This document shows, piece by piece, positions 12,318-24,483 of a stretch of 64,000 nucleotides of DNA (position 1 is the first letter of the stretch; each line of letters begins with the position of its first letter). The stretch is from contig NW_003314278.1 in NCBI RefSeq assembly GCF_000143415.4, forward strand, positions 1,324,673-1,388,672. The letters are read 5' to 3'. The notes below the pieces were generated by a model. It did not search any database, was not told the DNA's origin, and worked only from the letters and a program-made list of their open reading frames with translations. The translations under genes were made by a program, and so were the position numbers. The stretch is from Selaginella moellendorffii. Its lineage: Eukaryota > Plantae > Lycopodiophyta.

Positions 12318-12914
12318 TGTAAGCAACCAAAGGGAACAACTCGAGAGACGATCCGTTGGGGTTCAAATATAAAGGGAAAGGGCCCATGAACAAGAGTGCA
12401 CCCCCTTTTCCAATCGGTTAAGGGTCTTGGGATATTTGGGGTTAAGCATCCTTGGGTTTCAATAGTACTGGGCTGGGTGACCTCCCGGGAAGTCCAAAAC
12501 TCAGGAGCTTACATTTGGTATCAGAGGGGTCTTGGGTCCGACTCTATTGGTTCACTAGGGGAATCACACCACATGTTGATTGACATTTGGCTAGTCCAGT
12601 TTGCTCTCGCTGGGCTCGACCCGAGGGGTAGGGTGTCAAGAGAGCGGGGCTCTCGGGAGAGTTGCGGCTCTCAGCTTCCGTTCACGAGGGCGTGAACTTG
12701 CAGGGAAGCGTGGTGGATTGTAAGCAACCAAAGGGAACAACTCGAGAGACAATCCGTTGGGGTTCAAATATAGAGGGAAAGGGCCCATGAACAAGAGTGC
12801 ACCCCCTTTTTCAATCGGTTAAGGGTCTTGGGATATTTGGGGTTAAGCGTCCTTGGGTTTGAATAGTACTGGGTTGGGTGACCTCCCGGGAAGTCCAAAA
12901 CTCAGAAGCTTACA
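12318..12914 (+). mobile_element. Complete Cassandra-type TRIM (597 bp; 196-bp LTRs at 12318-12513 and 12719-12914, each with a 5S rRNA-like segment)
   Basis: TSD TATAC at 12313-12317 and 12915-12919; termini TGTAAGC...GCTTACA; PBS TGGTATCAGAG at 12516-12526; PPT-like AGGGAAGCGTGGTGGAT at ~12702-12718; non-coding 205-bp interior; about 7 differences between the LTRs. Confidence 0.93.
12441..12495 (+). promoter_or_regulatory. 5S rRNA-derived Pol III internal control region (A box, IE, C box) in the Cassandra LTR; second copy at 12842-12896
   Basis: GTTAAGCATCCTTGGGTTTCAATAGTACTGGGCTGGGTGACCTCCCGGGAAGTCC aligns with the 3' half of plant 5S rRNA (GTTAAGCGTGCTTGGGCGAGAGTAGTACTAGGATGGGTGACCTCCTGGGAAGTCC). 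Confidence 0.9.
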
Positions 12915-15900
12915 TATACTTTTGGAACCCCCTGTAGCCCCCGCTCCCTTGGGGGACGATCACTTTGGGCTTTCACCCAACAACCTGTATTAGTATTCGG
13001 ACTTGGACTCGGGCTCGGACTCAGACTCGGTCTCAATCTCGATTTCGGACTCGGACTCAGTCTTGGTCTCTGTCTCGGTTCCATCTCGGCCTCCATTGGA
13101 CTTCATCTCGGGTCCATCTTGGACTCCATCTCAGGTCCATCTCAGATTCCATCTCAAGTTCATGTCGGGTCCATCTCAGACTCCATCTTGGGTCCATCTC
13201 AGACTCCATCTTGGGTCCATCTTGGGTCCATCTCGGGTCCATCTTAGGTCCATCTCAAACTCCATCTCGGGTCCATCTTGGACTCCATCTCGGGTCCATC
13301 TCGGGTCTATCTCAGACTCCATCTCGGACTCCATCTTGGGTCCATCTTGGACCATCTCGAACTCTGTCTCAGACTCCATCTCGGGTCCATCTTGGGTCTT
13401 TCATTTGGAGTTCTAGTCCTGCTCTCGACTTTTTAAGTTGGAGCTTTTAGTCCAAACGTGTTCTACTCGTTTGGCTTTCACTTTGGCCACTACTACATGG
13501 CACCCTTTCGGCTCCACTTTGGGGCTTTGGGATTTGTGTCTCACAACTCCACCACCCATAGATGAAGTTCGATGTCCTCATCAAACAATAAATTATTTTA
13601 TAAAGTAATACCAACATGTATTACCCTTTCCATCCTTAGTACCTAGCTAATATTCGTCAATGGTTTGACATTGAAAGCTCACCATGCCTTGTCCATCCTC
13701 TAAGGAGCATAGTCTCTCCAACATAGAAATTGATTTGACCACCCGTGGTGGTTTTTTCCCTTTTATTGGTTTAGTTCTTGCTAAACTTGTTAGAGAGATC
13801 TTCTCTTTTTCAATCCCACTACTCATTCTCGAAGTTAATTTCCTGAGTGTTTCTAACACCTTGTATTGCATATATTGTGCAAATGCCACTTTCCCCTCCT
13901 AGGAAGTTCTCTACTTGAGGACACCATCATCCTCTTTTCTATCTTTTGCCCTCTTTAGCACTAAGTTCCAGTTATTATAATTTTTTCTAGGGTTGTTCAT
14001 GGTCCTATCATTTGGCTACTTTGCCATTTCTGCTTTGGAGCTTTCACTTCACCAAATTGGAGCACTTGGGAATCCATTCTTGGAAGCACACTTCCTTTCC
14101 CACAATCCGTTAGCATCTAACATATTAGTGTTCCTTGGTTAACTTTGCTATTTGTATTCCTTCCAATGGATCCCATGGCCCAAACTTAGCCACTAGTCTT
14201 TTGCTCTTACCCGTTGATTATTGCAACAAGCAATATACGCTCACTACCTCTATCCTTGAGGTATTCTTTTAGTTCCATGGCAAAGGCTCCATTTTACTAA
14301 GTTCAGAGGGTATTTACCTCTAGTAAGTCTCTTTAACATTCTCTACTATGGGCTTTATCCATAGCCCAACTTTGCAACCCTTTCATGGGTCTTTCCTAGA
14401 AATTATTTCTTTGAACTTATTATACCATCGCATTGACACCACTAATTTCCCTTTTTGGTGTTTTTCCCACTTGGTCACTTTGACCAAGTCACGCCATTAC
14501 TAATAATTCAAATCACCACTTTAAACTAAGAATCTTATTCCTTAACCAAATAAAGACTTTATCCTTATTTAACCATAAGATCATTTAGTGATCTCACTTG
14601 ATAGGTTTGCCAATAGGTATTAGGTCTTCCAAACCTTTAACTTGTTGACCATAACCCCGGGGGCATCCCCCACACTTGGCAGTGCACCCATGCTACCCCT
14701 TCTGGCCAAGGGTCCATAGCAACTGAAACTAAGTGTCCCCATCTCATTCACCATGTCCTTGATGCCACTTGTACCAAAGTGTTCAACTTAAATATGCTGA
14801 GCCACACTAAGCAATTTAATTGTGTATCATGACTCTGGGGCATCCCCCGCTTGGTGGTATGCCCAAGCTAGTCTCCTTTCTGCATAAGTAATTTATCCCC
14901 TACAAGGGTATATCTAACTTCCTCATCCCAATAAGAAGTTTTAGGTAGTTACCTTTTACCAGTTTAATGAATTATTTTGCACCTTTTACTTAGTTACCTC
15001 ATAGTTGTCAAGTCTTACAACTCATTGCTGGTGCTTCCACACCTCCATCGTTATTTGGGTCACCACACTCTAACTGCATACCTTCCAGCTTAGGCTATAC
15101 CATTCTCATTTCCATTAGGATTCCTTAGTCCAAATGCTTTTACCGATCCCTTAGAACCATTTCTTGACTCTACTTGAGTCATCTAACATTTTTGGACTTT
15201 ACTAATCTAATGACCCATAAGGTCCTATTTTTGAGGTGCTACCTCACTAGAATACAACTTCGTGTCTTTATGTCCTACTCATAAGGACTATCTTTGCAAA
15301 TGTTACTCTAATACTTGATTGTTTTCCATTCTCTGTGGACTACCTTTTACCCCTTAGTATTATCCGTCTATATGATAAGAATACTGACATATCCTTTGAG
15401 CACACCCCCAACTCTTTAGGTTTGTTCGAGCATTTATAAAAGGTAGCCCTGACTACCATTTCAAGGACTTGTGTCCTCATCCATATTTGAACTCTCACGG
15501 TCATTAATTCCGGTCTATTTAAGAGCACCAGCTTTAACTATATGAGGATAATCTTGTGACTCCTTTATTGTTTTAGAGTTTTTATATTTCCCATGATCCC
15601 AACTATAATTGTTTACCACAATTACATTAACCAATTTGCTAAGTCAAATGCTCATCTGGATCACATCCTCAACTCTCTAAGGAAAACCTTATACTGTTCC
15701 CAAGATCCCAAAATCATTCGTTTATTAGCCCTTTTCTATGCACCACTTCACCTACAAGTTCACACATGAACTGTACTGGAGAGCCATATCGTCTTGACCT
15801 GCAACTCCTCAAGGATAGGCCCACTCCTAGGACCTTCTGATGCTAACACCAATGGTGACATACTTGAGCACTAATAAAAGTTGGATTAAGAAAGTTCTCC

Positions 15901-17899
15901 AATATTAAATTGTCTGCGACTAATTTTTCCATTCTACTTTAGTCAATTAACCACACTTATGACCACTTGGAGGAGTCTCATTCACAACCTCCATAAGTCC
16001 AATTTAGGACCTAGGGGTTACTAACCCCGAAAATGGTGTTTATGCCACTCAACCTTTGCACTTGGTCCAAGTGCTCCACGTGTCTTATCCCATGACCAAC
16101 ACCCCAAAGTACCATTGACATATCAGCCTATTATGCTAAAGCCATGCCCATTCACCTTAGTCACATTGGTGGTTTAACACCACCTACATCACAATCCCAT
16201 CTCTCAAAGACTGAGCTGTCCATCTGTGAGTAATCATCCTAGATCCACTCTTTAGCATCCTTATGATGCCCACAGATATGGGGAATAGCCTTCCCCAATA
16301 TCCTTTTTTCGGTCCCCACCAAGTCCCTTTCTATCTATAGCCGTATTCGCCAATATTGCCACTAGATCAAGGCCCACAGGCCTAACCACCAAATCCCACT
16401 CTCCTTTGGGACTTCCTCACTATGTAACCATATCCTTGGTTGCCACACCAGAGGACCACTCCTCTTTTTTCCTATAGTCCGGGACTTTGGGACAATATTT
16501 CGGAACACTGTAGCCCTATGTGAGCCTCATGGCTACTCTCCCCACCTTCCGCCTTTGGGTTCTTTAGCCATGGGCTTAGAGCAAGGTTTTGTGAGCCATG
16601 CCAGGTATCCAAGTAAGTAGTGCCACCCACACTTGGACTGGGAGCATCGACCATTCGATCTCCCGGGGGAACTAGAGTTAGCTCATAAACACTTCACCAA
16701 GCTACCCCATTTGTCAGTCCGTATTCACTCTAGTCTCAGACTTCCCAGTGGTCATCCCATCACCCAATAGTTGGGTATGGCCTTCCTGGGCCAAACTGGC
16801 CTTTCCTGGGCCAAACTGGCCTTTCCTGGCTAAACTGGCCTTTCCTGGCCAAACTGGCTCTACTGGGCTCCAACCCTCATACTCTCCCTACTATACTTTG
16901 GGAACCCCAACCCCCCCCCCCCCCATTGGGGGATGATCGCTTTGGGCTTTCACCCAGCAGCCTGTATTAGTATTTGGACTTACACTTGAACTCAGACTCA
17001 GACTCGGTCTTGGTCTTGGTCTCGGACTCGGACTCGGTCTGGGTCTCAGTCTCAGTCTCGGTTCCATCTCGGCTTCCATCTCGGGTCCATCTTGGGTCCA
17101 TCTCGGGTCCATCTCAGACTCCATCTCGGGTCCATGTTGGACTCCATCTCAGGTCCATCTTAGACTCCATCTCAGACTCCATCTCGGGTCCATCCCAGAC
17201 TCCATCTCGGACTCCATCTCGAGTCCATCTTGGACTCCATCTCGGGTCCATTTCGGACTCCATCTCGGGTCCATCTCGGGTCCATCTCAGACTCTGTCTC
17301 GAACTCCATCTTAGGTCCATCTTGAACTCCGTCTCGGACTCCATTTCAGGTCCATCTTGGGTCTTTCATTGGGAGTCCACTCCCACTCTCGACTTTTCAA
17401 GTTTGAGTTTTTAGTCCAAACGTGTTCTGCTTGTTTGGTTTTCGCTTTGGCCACTACCACGTGGCACCCTTTCGGCTCCACTTTGGGGCTTTGGGATTTA
17501 TGTCTCATAGGTATCCACCGTAGGACTGCGGTACGAATGGATGACTAGTTGCCTCATACAGAATAGCTAGTCTACACAATGGAAGGATTGGTAGATTCAG
17601 TGCAGAAATGGAAATACCTTAAGGGATAAATGGGGATAAAATAGCCACTAAGGGCTCTCTCATCAAGTAATTGCCCCTTTTTCAGTTAGCTTAAAGGAAG
17701 AGAGATAAAATGTGCTATAGCAACATCAACACAACCAATGCCGAGGAAGAGATAATCAACCAAAATTTAGACTTACATCAAGATTTATTACCACTCGAAA
17801 CTCCCGATTCTGAAGATTACAACACTAATAACTTTCAATCTTATCTCAATTTCTCCAGAAACTAAACTATCACCAACAGTAGAAAGATGGCACCCATCA

Positions 17900-20800
17900 A
17901 CCCAGCAACACCCTATGGCATCATAATTACGTATCCAATTTTCACCAATAGGAAAATTGAATGTGCAGAAAGACATCTTTAGCAATTCAACCAAATTATA
18001 TAAGTCAATCAGCAAGAAGACAACAAAGAACTTCTATTCCCTTTCATATTTAAAAGAAAAGCATTAGAATAGTATTATAATCTTGATGAAAAACTTAAGT
18101 TTTAGGAAAAAGTGAAGCAATCCAAAGAAAAGTACCAACCTGGTGGCACAATAGTTGAATACCTAGAACATCTCAAGAGCATCAAATAAGGCAGTAAAGA
18201 AGATATTGAAGACTATACCTGAAAATTCAAATATCACGCAAAACACTACAAAGATGTACTCACTAAACAAGGTAAGTATATTTGGTATGTATAAGGATTG
18301 AAGAAGATATACCAGTAAATGGTTGCTCTTGCAAGTACGAAAGAAGATCTAGATGCTGAGATCTTTATTGACAATATTTCCAAGAAAATCAAGAACCTCG
18401 AGAAAATTTTTAAAAGTAGAAACAACAAGAACAAACAACTCTTTTTATGATAAGTAAGAATGCAAACTCGAAGTCATGAAGAAAGATAAAAATCAAGAAA
18501 GTTATAATCAAGAACGAACTTAAAGAAGGAGTATGGTGTATAAAATGCAAGAACAAGGGACACATCCTAACAGTGTAAACTATTGATTCCTAAGTGTCAA
18601 ATTTGTGAAAAAGAAGGGTATATAGCAAAGATCTGTCAATACAAAAGAGCAACTAAAGTCACACGAATCGAGAACATATCTTGAACTCCTACACCAACTA
18701 AAAGACATTATAATCAACCCAAACAAGAACCATAACAATGGTAGCTGAACTACCAAAATCAAGGTACATATAATCCTAACCTTAGATACCATCGATAATA
18801 CAACAATGGCAACCAAGACAATTAGTATCAGTGACCATACCAATAGGCTTATCAGCAGTCTTATTGAGACAACCAACAATGGAGACCACCACCCCGACAA
18901 AACAATTATCAACAACAGTACCACAACAATCGACAATGGAGACCACCTTTGCAATAACTAAACTGTCAACAGCAAAATCAACAATATGATCCACCACCCA
19001 AAGTGTTTCCTCGCAACAACTATCAATAGCAACCTCAAACTCAAGAAATCTGACCCCAATACCAAACAACAAAATCAAGGAAATCAACCTCCTCAACAAG
19101 ATTAGCAACATCAAAGACTTCCTCCAACAATAAGAAATGTCAACATTGGTTAAATCGAAGATGAATACTTTAAAGATGAACCTGAGGTAAGAGCTCTAAC
19201 TCAAAGTCAGAAAAAACAATACACTCCTGAAGATGACCTTGAGGAAAAGTCAAAGAACAAGAACTTTAAGATGAAGTGCAAGAAATCTCAAGGCATGAAA
19301 GGCAACAAAGCAAGGAGCTAGTCAACACAATTCAGAAAACCCTTCAACAACAACAACCTCAAGTTGAAGATGATTAGGAAATTGTGACTGAAACTCTGTC
19401 AAGAAAAGAGGAACAACCAAAGCTCATCACCAATATTCTTCAACAAGGTATCACACTCACCCTTCTAGAACTTTTATAGATAGCTTCATACTTGAGAAAA
19501 CAACTTCTCAAGATATGTCAAGCTTCTCCACTAAACAACTTCAACTCAAGTCAAGAAAAAAACCAACAACTCATCCCATAAGGCAAATATCCAACCTAGT
19601 GACTATGATGAAGATATACTATGCATCCCAATTAGGAAAGAACAAAGTTATATAAGTAATCATCAACGGCAAAGCAAATGTCAACATTATCGAGTATTCA
19701 ACTTGCAAAGCAATAGGACTTGGACCAATCCACTTTACACCCTTCATTGTCAAGATGGCGACAATTGGAGTGTACAACCATTAGGAATCGTACATAACAT
19801 TCCTATCAAGATTAAAGATCAAGAATTTAAGGTAACTTTCATTGTACTCAAGAAGGCAAAAGACCAAAGCTGTTACGAAGTATTTCTTAAACGAATTTGG
19901 CTCAAGAAAATATACATTATCACATATTGGAGGAATAATACCATCACCCTTGGAGGACATAAAGATGCTCCACAACTATCTACCAATATTGTAAATAAGA
20001 TCGCAAATAAATTTTAACTAACCACAATCAAACAATATGACTAGAATGAAGGACTCGACAGCTATGAAGAAGCTCAAATTCTCAAGGCATACCCCAAATT
20101 AAAAACACTAATCTAAGTCGATCTCAACCGAATTATCTTGAAGAAAACAAGCAATCAAGATCCTCAACTTCAAAATGAAAATTTCCAACACCAAGATTTG
20201 AAAGAAAAGATAACATCAGCACACATGAAAAACAACAAGAACATTCAAGCATCAAATTTGAATAGTTTAAACTAATGCATCAACACATTCCACTCCAAGA
20301 ACAACCAGGTCTACAACAAAAAGGATCACAACTTACACCAATACTCAACCTTGAAGAACCAGCTTAAGAAATTAACCTTGGAACAAAAAAACTTCACATT
20401 GCCCAAGAGCTTGATGAAGATTTTAAAGCAAAAGAAACCTAACTACTTGACACTTATCAAGATATTTTCACCTTGTCCTAGACCGACATACGAGGAATTC
20501 CACCTGAACTCTACACATATCGGATTGAACTTTTATCACAAGCAGTACCAACAAAGCAATCAGCCTACCAAATGAATCTCAACATACAAACCAAAGTCAA
20601 GGAAGAGCTTGACAAACTCAAAAATGTTGAATTCATCTTCGCTATTTAAAATCCAAAATGGTTATCACCACTAATCATTGTCCCCAAAAAGAACAAACTT
20701 AGGATTTGTGTCAACTATAAGAAGCTCAACGATACAACTCAAAAGGACACTTTTTCAATTCCATTCTTTGATGAAATTCTTGATGCAGTTGTAGGATGTA

Positions 20801-22610
20801 AGATGTACTCCTTTCTCAATGGCTTCAGGAGACACAATCAAGTACACATTGCGTCTGAAGATCAACACAAGATAGCTTTCATCAATCCATGAGGAGCATA
20901 CGCCTATCTTCTCATGCCTTTCAGTCTCTCCAATGCACCATTCATGTTTCAATGGATCATCACTAACACTTTTCGAGAATATCTCACCAAATTTATGTGA
21001 GTATTTATGGATGACTTTAGTGTCTTCAGCAACAAAGAAGATTGTCTCCAATGTTTAGAGAAATGCTTCATCAAACGCCATGAACACAATATCACATTGA
21101 ACCCCGACAAGTGCATTTTCTTCATCAAATCAGGAATTCTACTTAGACATGTCATTTCCAAAGAAGGAATCCTCATCAACAAGGACAAGACACTCACAAT
21201 CACCAACATACAACATCTATTTGACATTTCAAGCCTTCGATCATTCCTTGGTAAAATGGGATACCATCGAAGATTCATCAAAGACTATGCCAAGATTGCA
21301 AAACCCATCATTGAACTCCTCAAGAAGAATCAAGCTTACAACTAGACTCAAGATTGTCAAAACGCCTTTATCAACCTCAAGAATTCCCTCACCCAATCTC
21401 CAATACTTGCTCAACCAAACTGGAACAAAGATTTCAACATCCAAGTCGACGCCTCCAATTCAGAGGGATCCTTTTGCAACAACAAGAAGATCATAAAGAC
21501 CAATCAATCTACTATGCAAGTCAAAGACTCAACTGAACCAAAATGAACTACACTACAACTGAGAAAGAAGCTCTAGCAATGATCTAGGCACTCTAGAAGT
21601 TTTGACACTACCTACTTGGTAACTTCCTCCACCTTCTCAACAAAACGATCCTCATTGGCAGAATTGCATGATGGTTTTTACTACTTCAAGAATATAACTT
21701 TGAGATCATCTACAAGCCTAGAAGAGAACATGAACAAGCCAACCACCTAAGCTACATTATAACCGATGAACAACCGAAACACAACATAGATGACTTTCCT
21801 AACTCCAATATCCTTCAAATCCACACATCACCAACCTAGATGGACAACATTTACTACTACCTCACAACAGCAACAATACCGTGTTGATATTCAACCTTTG
21901 ACAAGTGCAAGCAATTTGTCTTGAGGACAAAACCATATTCAGTCGTGCGAAGAAAACTATTTGCAGAAGAAACACAAGATCTACTTGAAGAAGCCTACTA
22001 TGGAGGAGGACATTTTGCTGAAGAAATCATAGCTCAAAAATTTTTACAAGCAGGACTTTGGTGGCCAACACTTTGGCACAACTAAGCCAAGTTCTGTCAA
22101 AAATGCGACATCTACCAACGAACCAAGTTTTCATCAAAGAAATAAACTCAAGAATTTCATCCAAAAACTCCACTTGAACCTTTTCAATGATGGAGACTTG
22201 ACTTTGTTAGTCCACTTATGACAAGCTCCAAATAAAACTAGTACATTCTAATTGCAATAAACTACATGATAAAATGGGCTGAAGCTCAACCAATAAAAAT
22301 TGCTACAACAAATAACACAACAAAGTTCATCTATAAAAACATCATCACAAGATATGGCTTACCTTGAGAACTCATCATGGATCAAGGAACACACTTCATT
22401 AATAAAACCATTAACATTATGACTCAAGAATTCACTATTTAGCACAAGGCTTCAACCATACTACCCTCAAGGCAATGGTGAAACAAAGTGTACAAACAAG
22501 ACACCCAAAAACATCCTTATGAAAATCGTGAAAATAAATTAGAAAGACTAGGAGAATCATATCTACAATGCCTTGTAGGCATATTGAACCACATATAAAG
22601 TTTCAACAAA
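17900..22610 (+). pseudogene. gag-pol remnant of host A (gag, Zn knuckles, protease, RT, RNase H, integrase); non-chromovirus, Athila/Selgy-like
   Basis: Gag-like LLFPFIFKRKALE*YYNL ~18030; CQICEKKGYIAKIC ~18595; protease-region QPLGIVHNIPIKIKDQEFKVTFIVL ~19780; RT VFMDDFSVFS at 21001 and LRSFLGKMGYHRRFIKDYAKIAKP; RNase H QVDASN and YASQRLN; integrase GGGHF, WWPTL, LDFV. Many stops and frameshifts. Confidence 0.9.
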
Positions 22611-22615
22611 TTTGA

Positions 22616-23900
22616 TGCTGATGTTGCTTCATATGATGGCCGAGGCTAACTATTATCAAACAATTCTTTTGATAGAGTTATGCAATCTCATGTGCGAGGC
22701 ATTACTTTGATGATGTCCTACGACTAAGGAGGAACATGAGATGCATGTGAGGCAAATGTTGCCACTATTGAGGGAGAACAAGCTGTATTCTAAACTGTCA
22801 AAGCATGAGTTCTTCTTGGAGGAGATCACCTATCTCGGACATGTGGTGCCACAAGATGGTGTGCGGGAAGATCCTCAAAAGACTCAGATAGTCGTTGACT
22901 AGCTTGTTCCCCCTACTGTGCATGGGTTTCCTTGGTATGTTGGGAGTGAAGACATATGTTGGGAATATCTAGGAGTTTGCTCTAAAATAGAACCGCTGCC
23001 CACAGTGAGGACAGGGTATAGTGGCTTGACGTTCTCTTGCTTCTCGTCGTATCTGAAGTCGCTTGTTCACACGATTGAGGGCACTTCGCCGAGGACCTCT
23101 TCGTCGAGGCATCCTTTCTCCTTTATTCTCTTCTTCACTTCCTCACATACAATTGATCCCCTGTTTTTTCCCCCTTAAGTGAACTTCCTCGTGACCCTAA
23201 TACTGAAATGGAATATTCCCTCAGTTCTACAGGGAGTCTTTTGCCGGTTTGTGAAGGACTTCTCCTTGATTGCTGCTCCTTTGATGGATATTCTTTGAAA
23301 CATGACCAAGCATGCTTAGTTGGTGTGGGGTGAAAGTGTCAAGAAGCGTTTGAGCAGTTAAAGCAATCATGTATATTCAACAGATATTTGCTTGTGTTAA
23401 GCCACTTGTGATAGAAGGCTAAAGCTCACACTATGGAGTCTATGCATTCAAAGGGTATGGCTCATGAGTCCTTTTCTCTTTCTGATCCTAGTGAGGCCAT
23501 GGGTGTCAGTGTGGACCAAGGAGAGAATGTATCTACTCGTGTTCTAGCTGACACTGCTGTCACTAAGCTTTCTGAAGGAGTGAAGAAGAATTGTATCAAC
23601 TCATCTGAGCTGTACGGTTGTTTGTGCAATGAGTTGTGCATAGCCAAGTGCTCAGTGTCCTCTTTGACTCTGGTGCTACACATACTTTCATTAACAAGGC
23701 TAGTGATGAGGGTATAGGAGCTGTCTTGGTGCAAGACTGCTGTCCTATTGCCTACATAAGCCACAAGTTTGACGCAACTTAGCTGAACTGCCAACTTGGG
23801 ATAGGAAGTTGTATGTTGTAGTTGTTGTGGTCAAAGAGTGGAGGCATTATCTGTATGGTTTGGATTTTTCATGTGGATAACTTTACCACTTGTCACTCTT
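22616..23900 (+). pseudogene. Scrambled pol fragments of a different, chromovirus-like Ty3/gypsy element
   Basis: RT thumb LRENKLYSKLSKHEFFLEEITYLGHVV ~22770-22850; FVKDFSLIAAPL ~23250; protease-like FDSGATHTF ~23663; RNase H-like GIGAVLVQD and KEWRHYLYG ~23710-23860. Confidence 0.7.
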
Positions 23901-24483
23901 TTCACTCGCCAGATGGAGCTTCGAGGATGGCTAGCTCATTGACTACAGTTTTTGCAGGAAATGGATGTGCAGATTCCAAACCACCAGAGGAGTTTAGCTC
24001 TGGGATTTAAGGTGAGAAAACTGATTTCCCCAGGGATTCCGGAGTAAAAGTCAAAGGGTAATTTTGACCGCAGATTACTCGTGAATTTGGAAGATTGATG
24101 TTTAAAGCAAAGTTGCTAGGTTTTCCAAGATCTACAACTTTTCTTTAAGACAATTTTCCTGTTTCTGAAAGGAGTAGACGGTAAAGGTAGTTGTTTCTCC
24201 ATTGTCTGGGATGGTGAACTCTATCTCATTTGGGAAGCTCTCCAGTGGTTTGCTAGATGAAATTAAAGAGCTTGCTGACTTCGACTCCTTTGTAGTGAAG
24301 GCACATGCATTGTTTTGAAGAGGGATGCCTTTTCCAATGCAATTGTGCTTCCTTTGATGCACGAGATGGTTTCTGTTATAATCCAGTGCAAAAGGACAGA
24401 GATTTAGTCACCCTAGACTATGCTATGTTACCTCTTGAGGTTCCTCACCACCCAACCACCCCCGAGCTACCTCAAAAGCTCCA

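Larger units (their letters stand above)
9464..17509 (-). mobile_element. LARD-like LTR retrotransposon copy 2 (5' LTR 15911-17509, internal 13546-15910, 3' LTR 9464-13545 interrupted by two insertions)
   Basis: TSD GGTAT at 9459-9463 and 17510-17514; LTRs homologous to copy 1; PPT-like TATGGGTGGTGGAGT (minus strand) at 13546-13560; decayed PBS at ~15897-15910; internal region homologous to 3830-7165 with deletions. Confidence 0.9.
9223..17719 (+). mobile_element. Old degenerate TRIM-like element (~450 bp of own sequence: 9223-9463 and 17515-17719), split by LARD copy 2
   Basis: TSD GCAAC at 9218-9222 and 17720-17724; inverted termini TATAGCA...TGCTATA (decayed TGTAGCA/TGCTACA); ~100-bp direct repeat 9274-9376 vs 17617-17719; decayed PBS TGGTATTAGAA at 9379. 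Confidence 0.7.
1..22615 (+). mobile_element. Degenerate Ty3/gypsy retrotransposon ('host A'), split by nested insertions. Own sequence at 1-2156, 9194-9222 and 17725-22615; LTRs not delimited
   Basis: Removing the TSD-bounded insertions rejoins ...TTCAATAAAACAACCC/AAGCCACACAAGTTGGCAAACCAGGCAAC/ATCAACACAACC..., which matches the uninterrupted inverted copy at ~28740-28810. Downstream are gag, protease, RT, RNase H and integrase remnants in gypsy order. Confidence 0.85.

Noticed and set aside
12441-12495. 5S rRNA gene
   Set aside because: Only ~55 nt of the 3' half, embedded in paired LTRs with a TSD; it is the Cassandra 5S domain.
23920-24483. Possible host-gene fragment between retroelement pieces
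   Set aside because: No recognisable motif in any frame.
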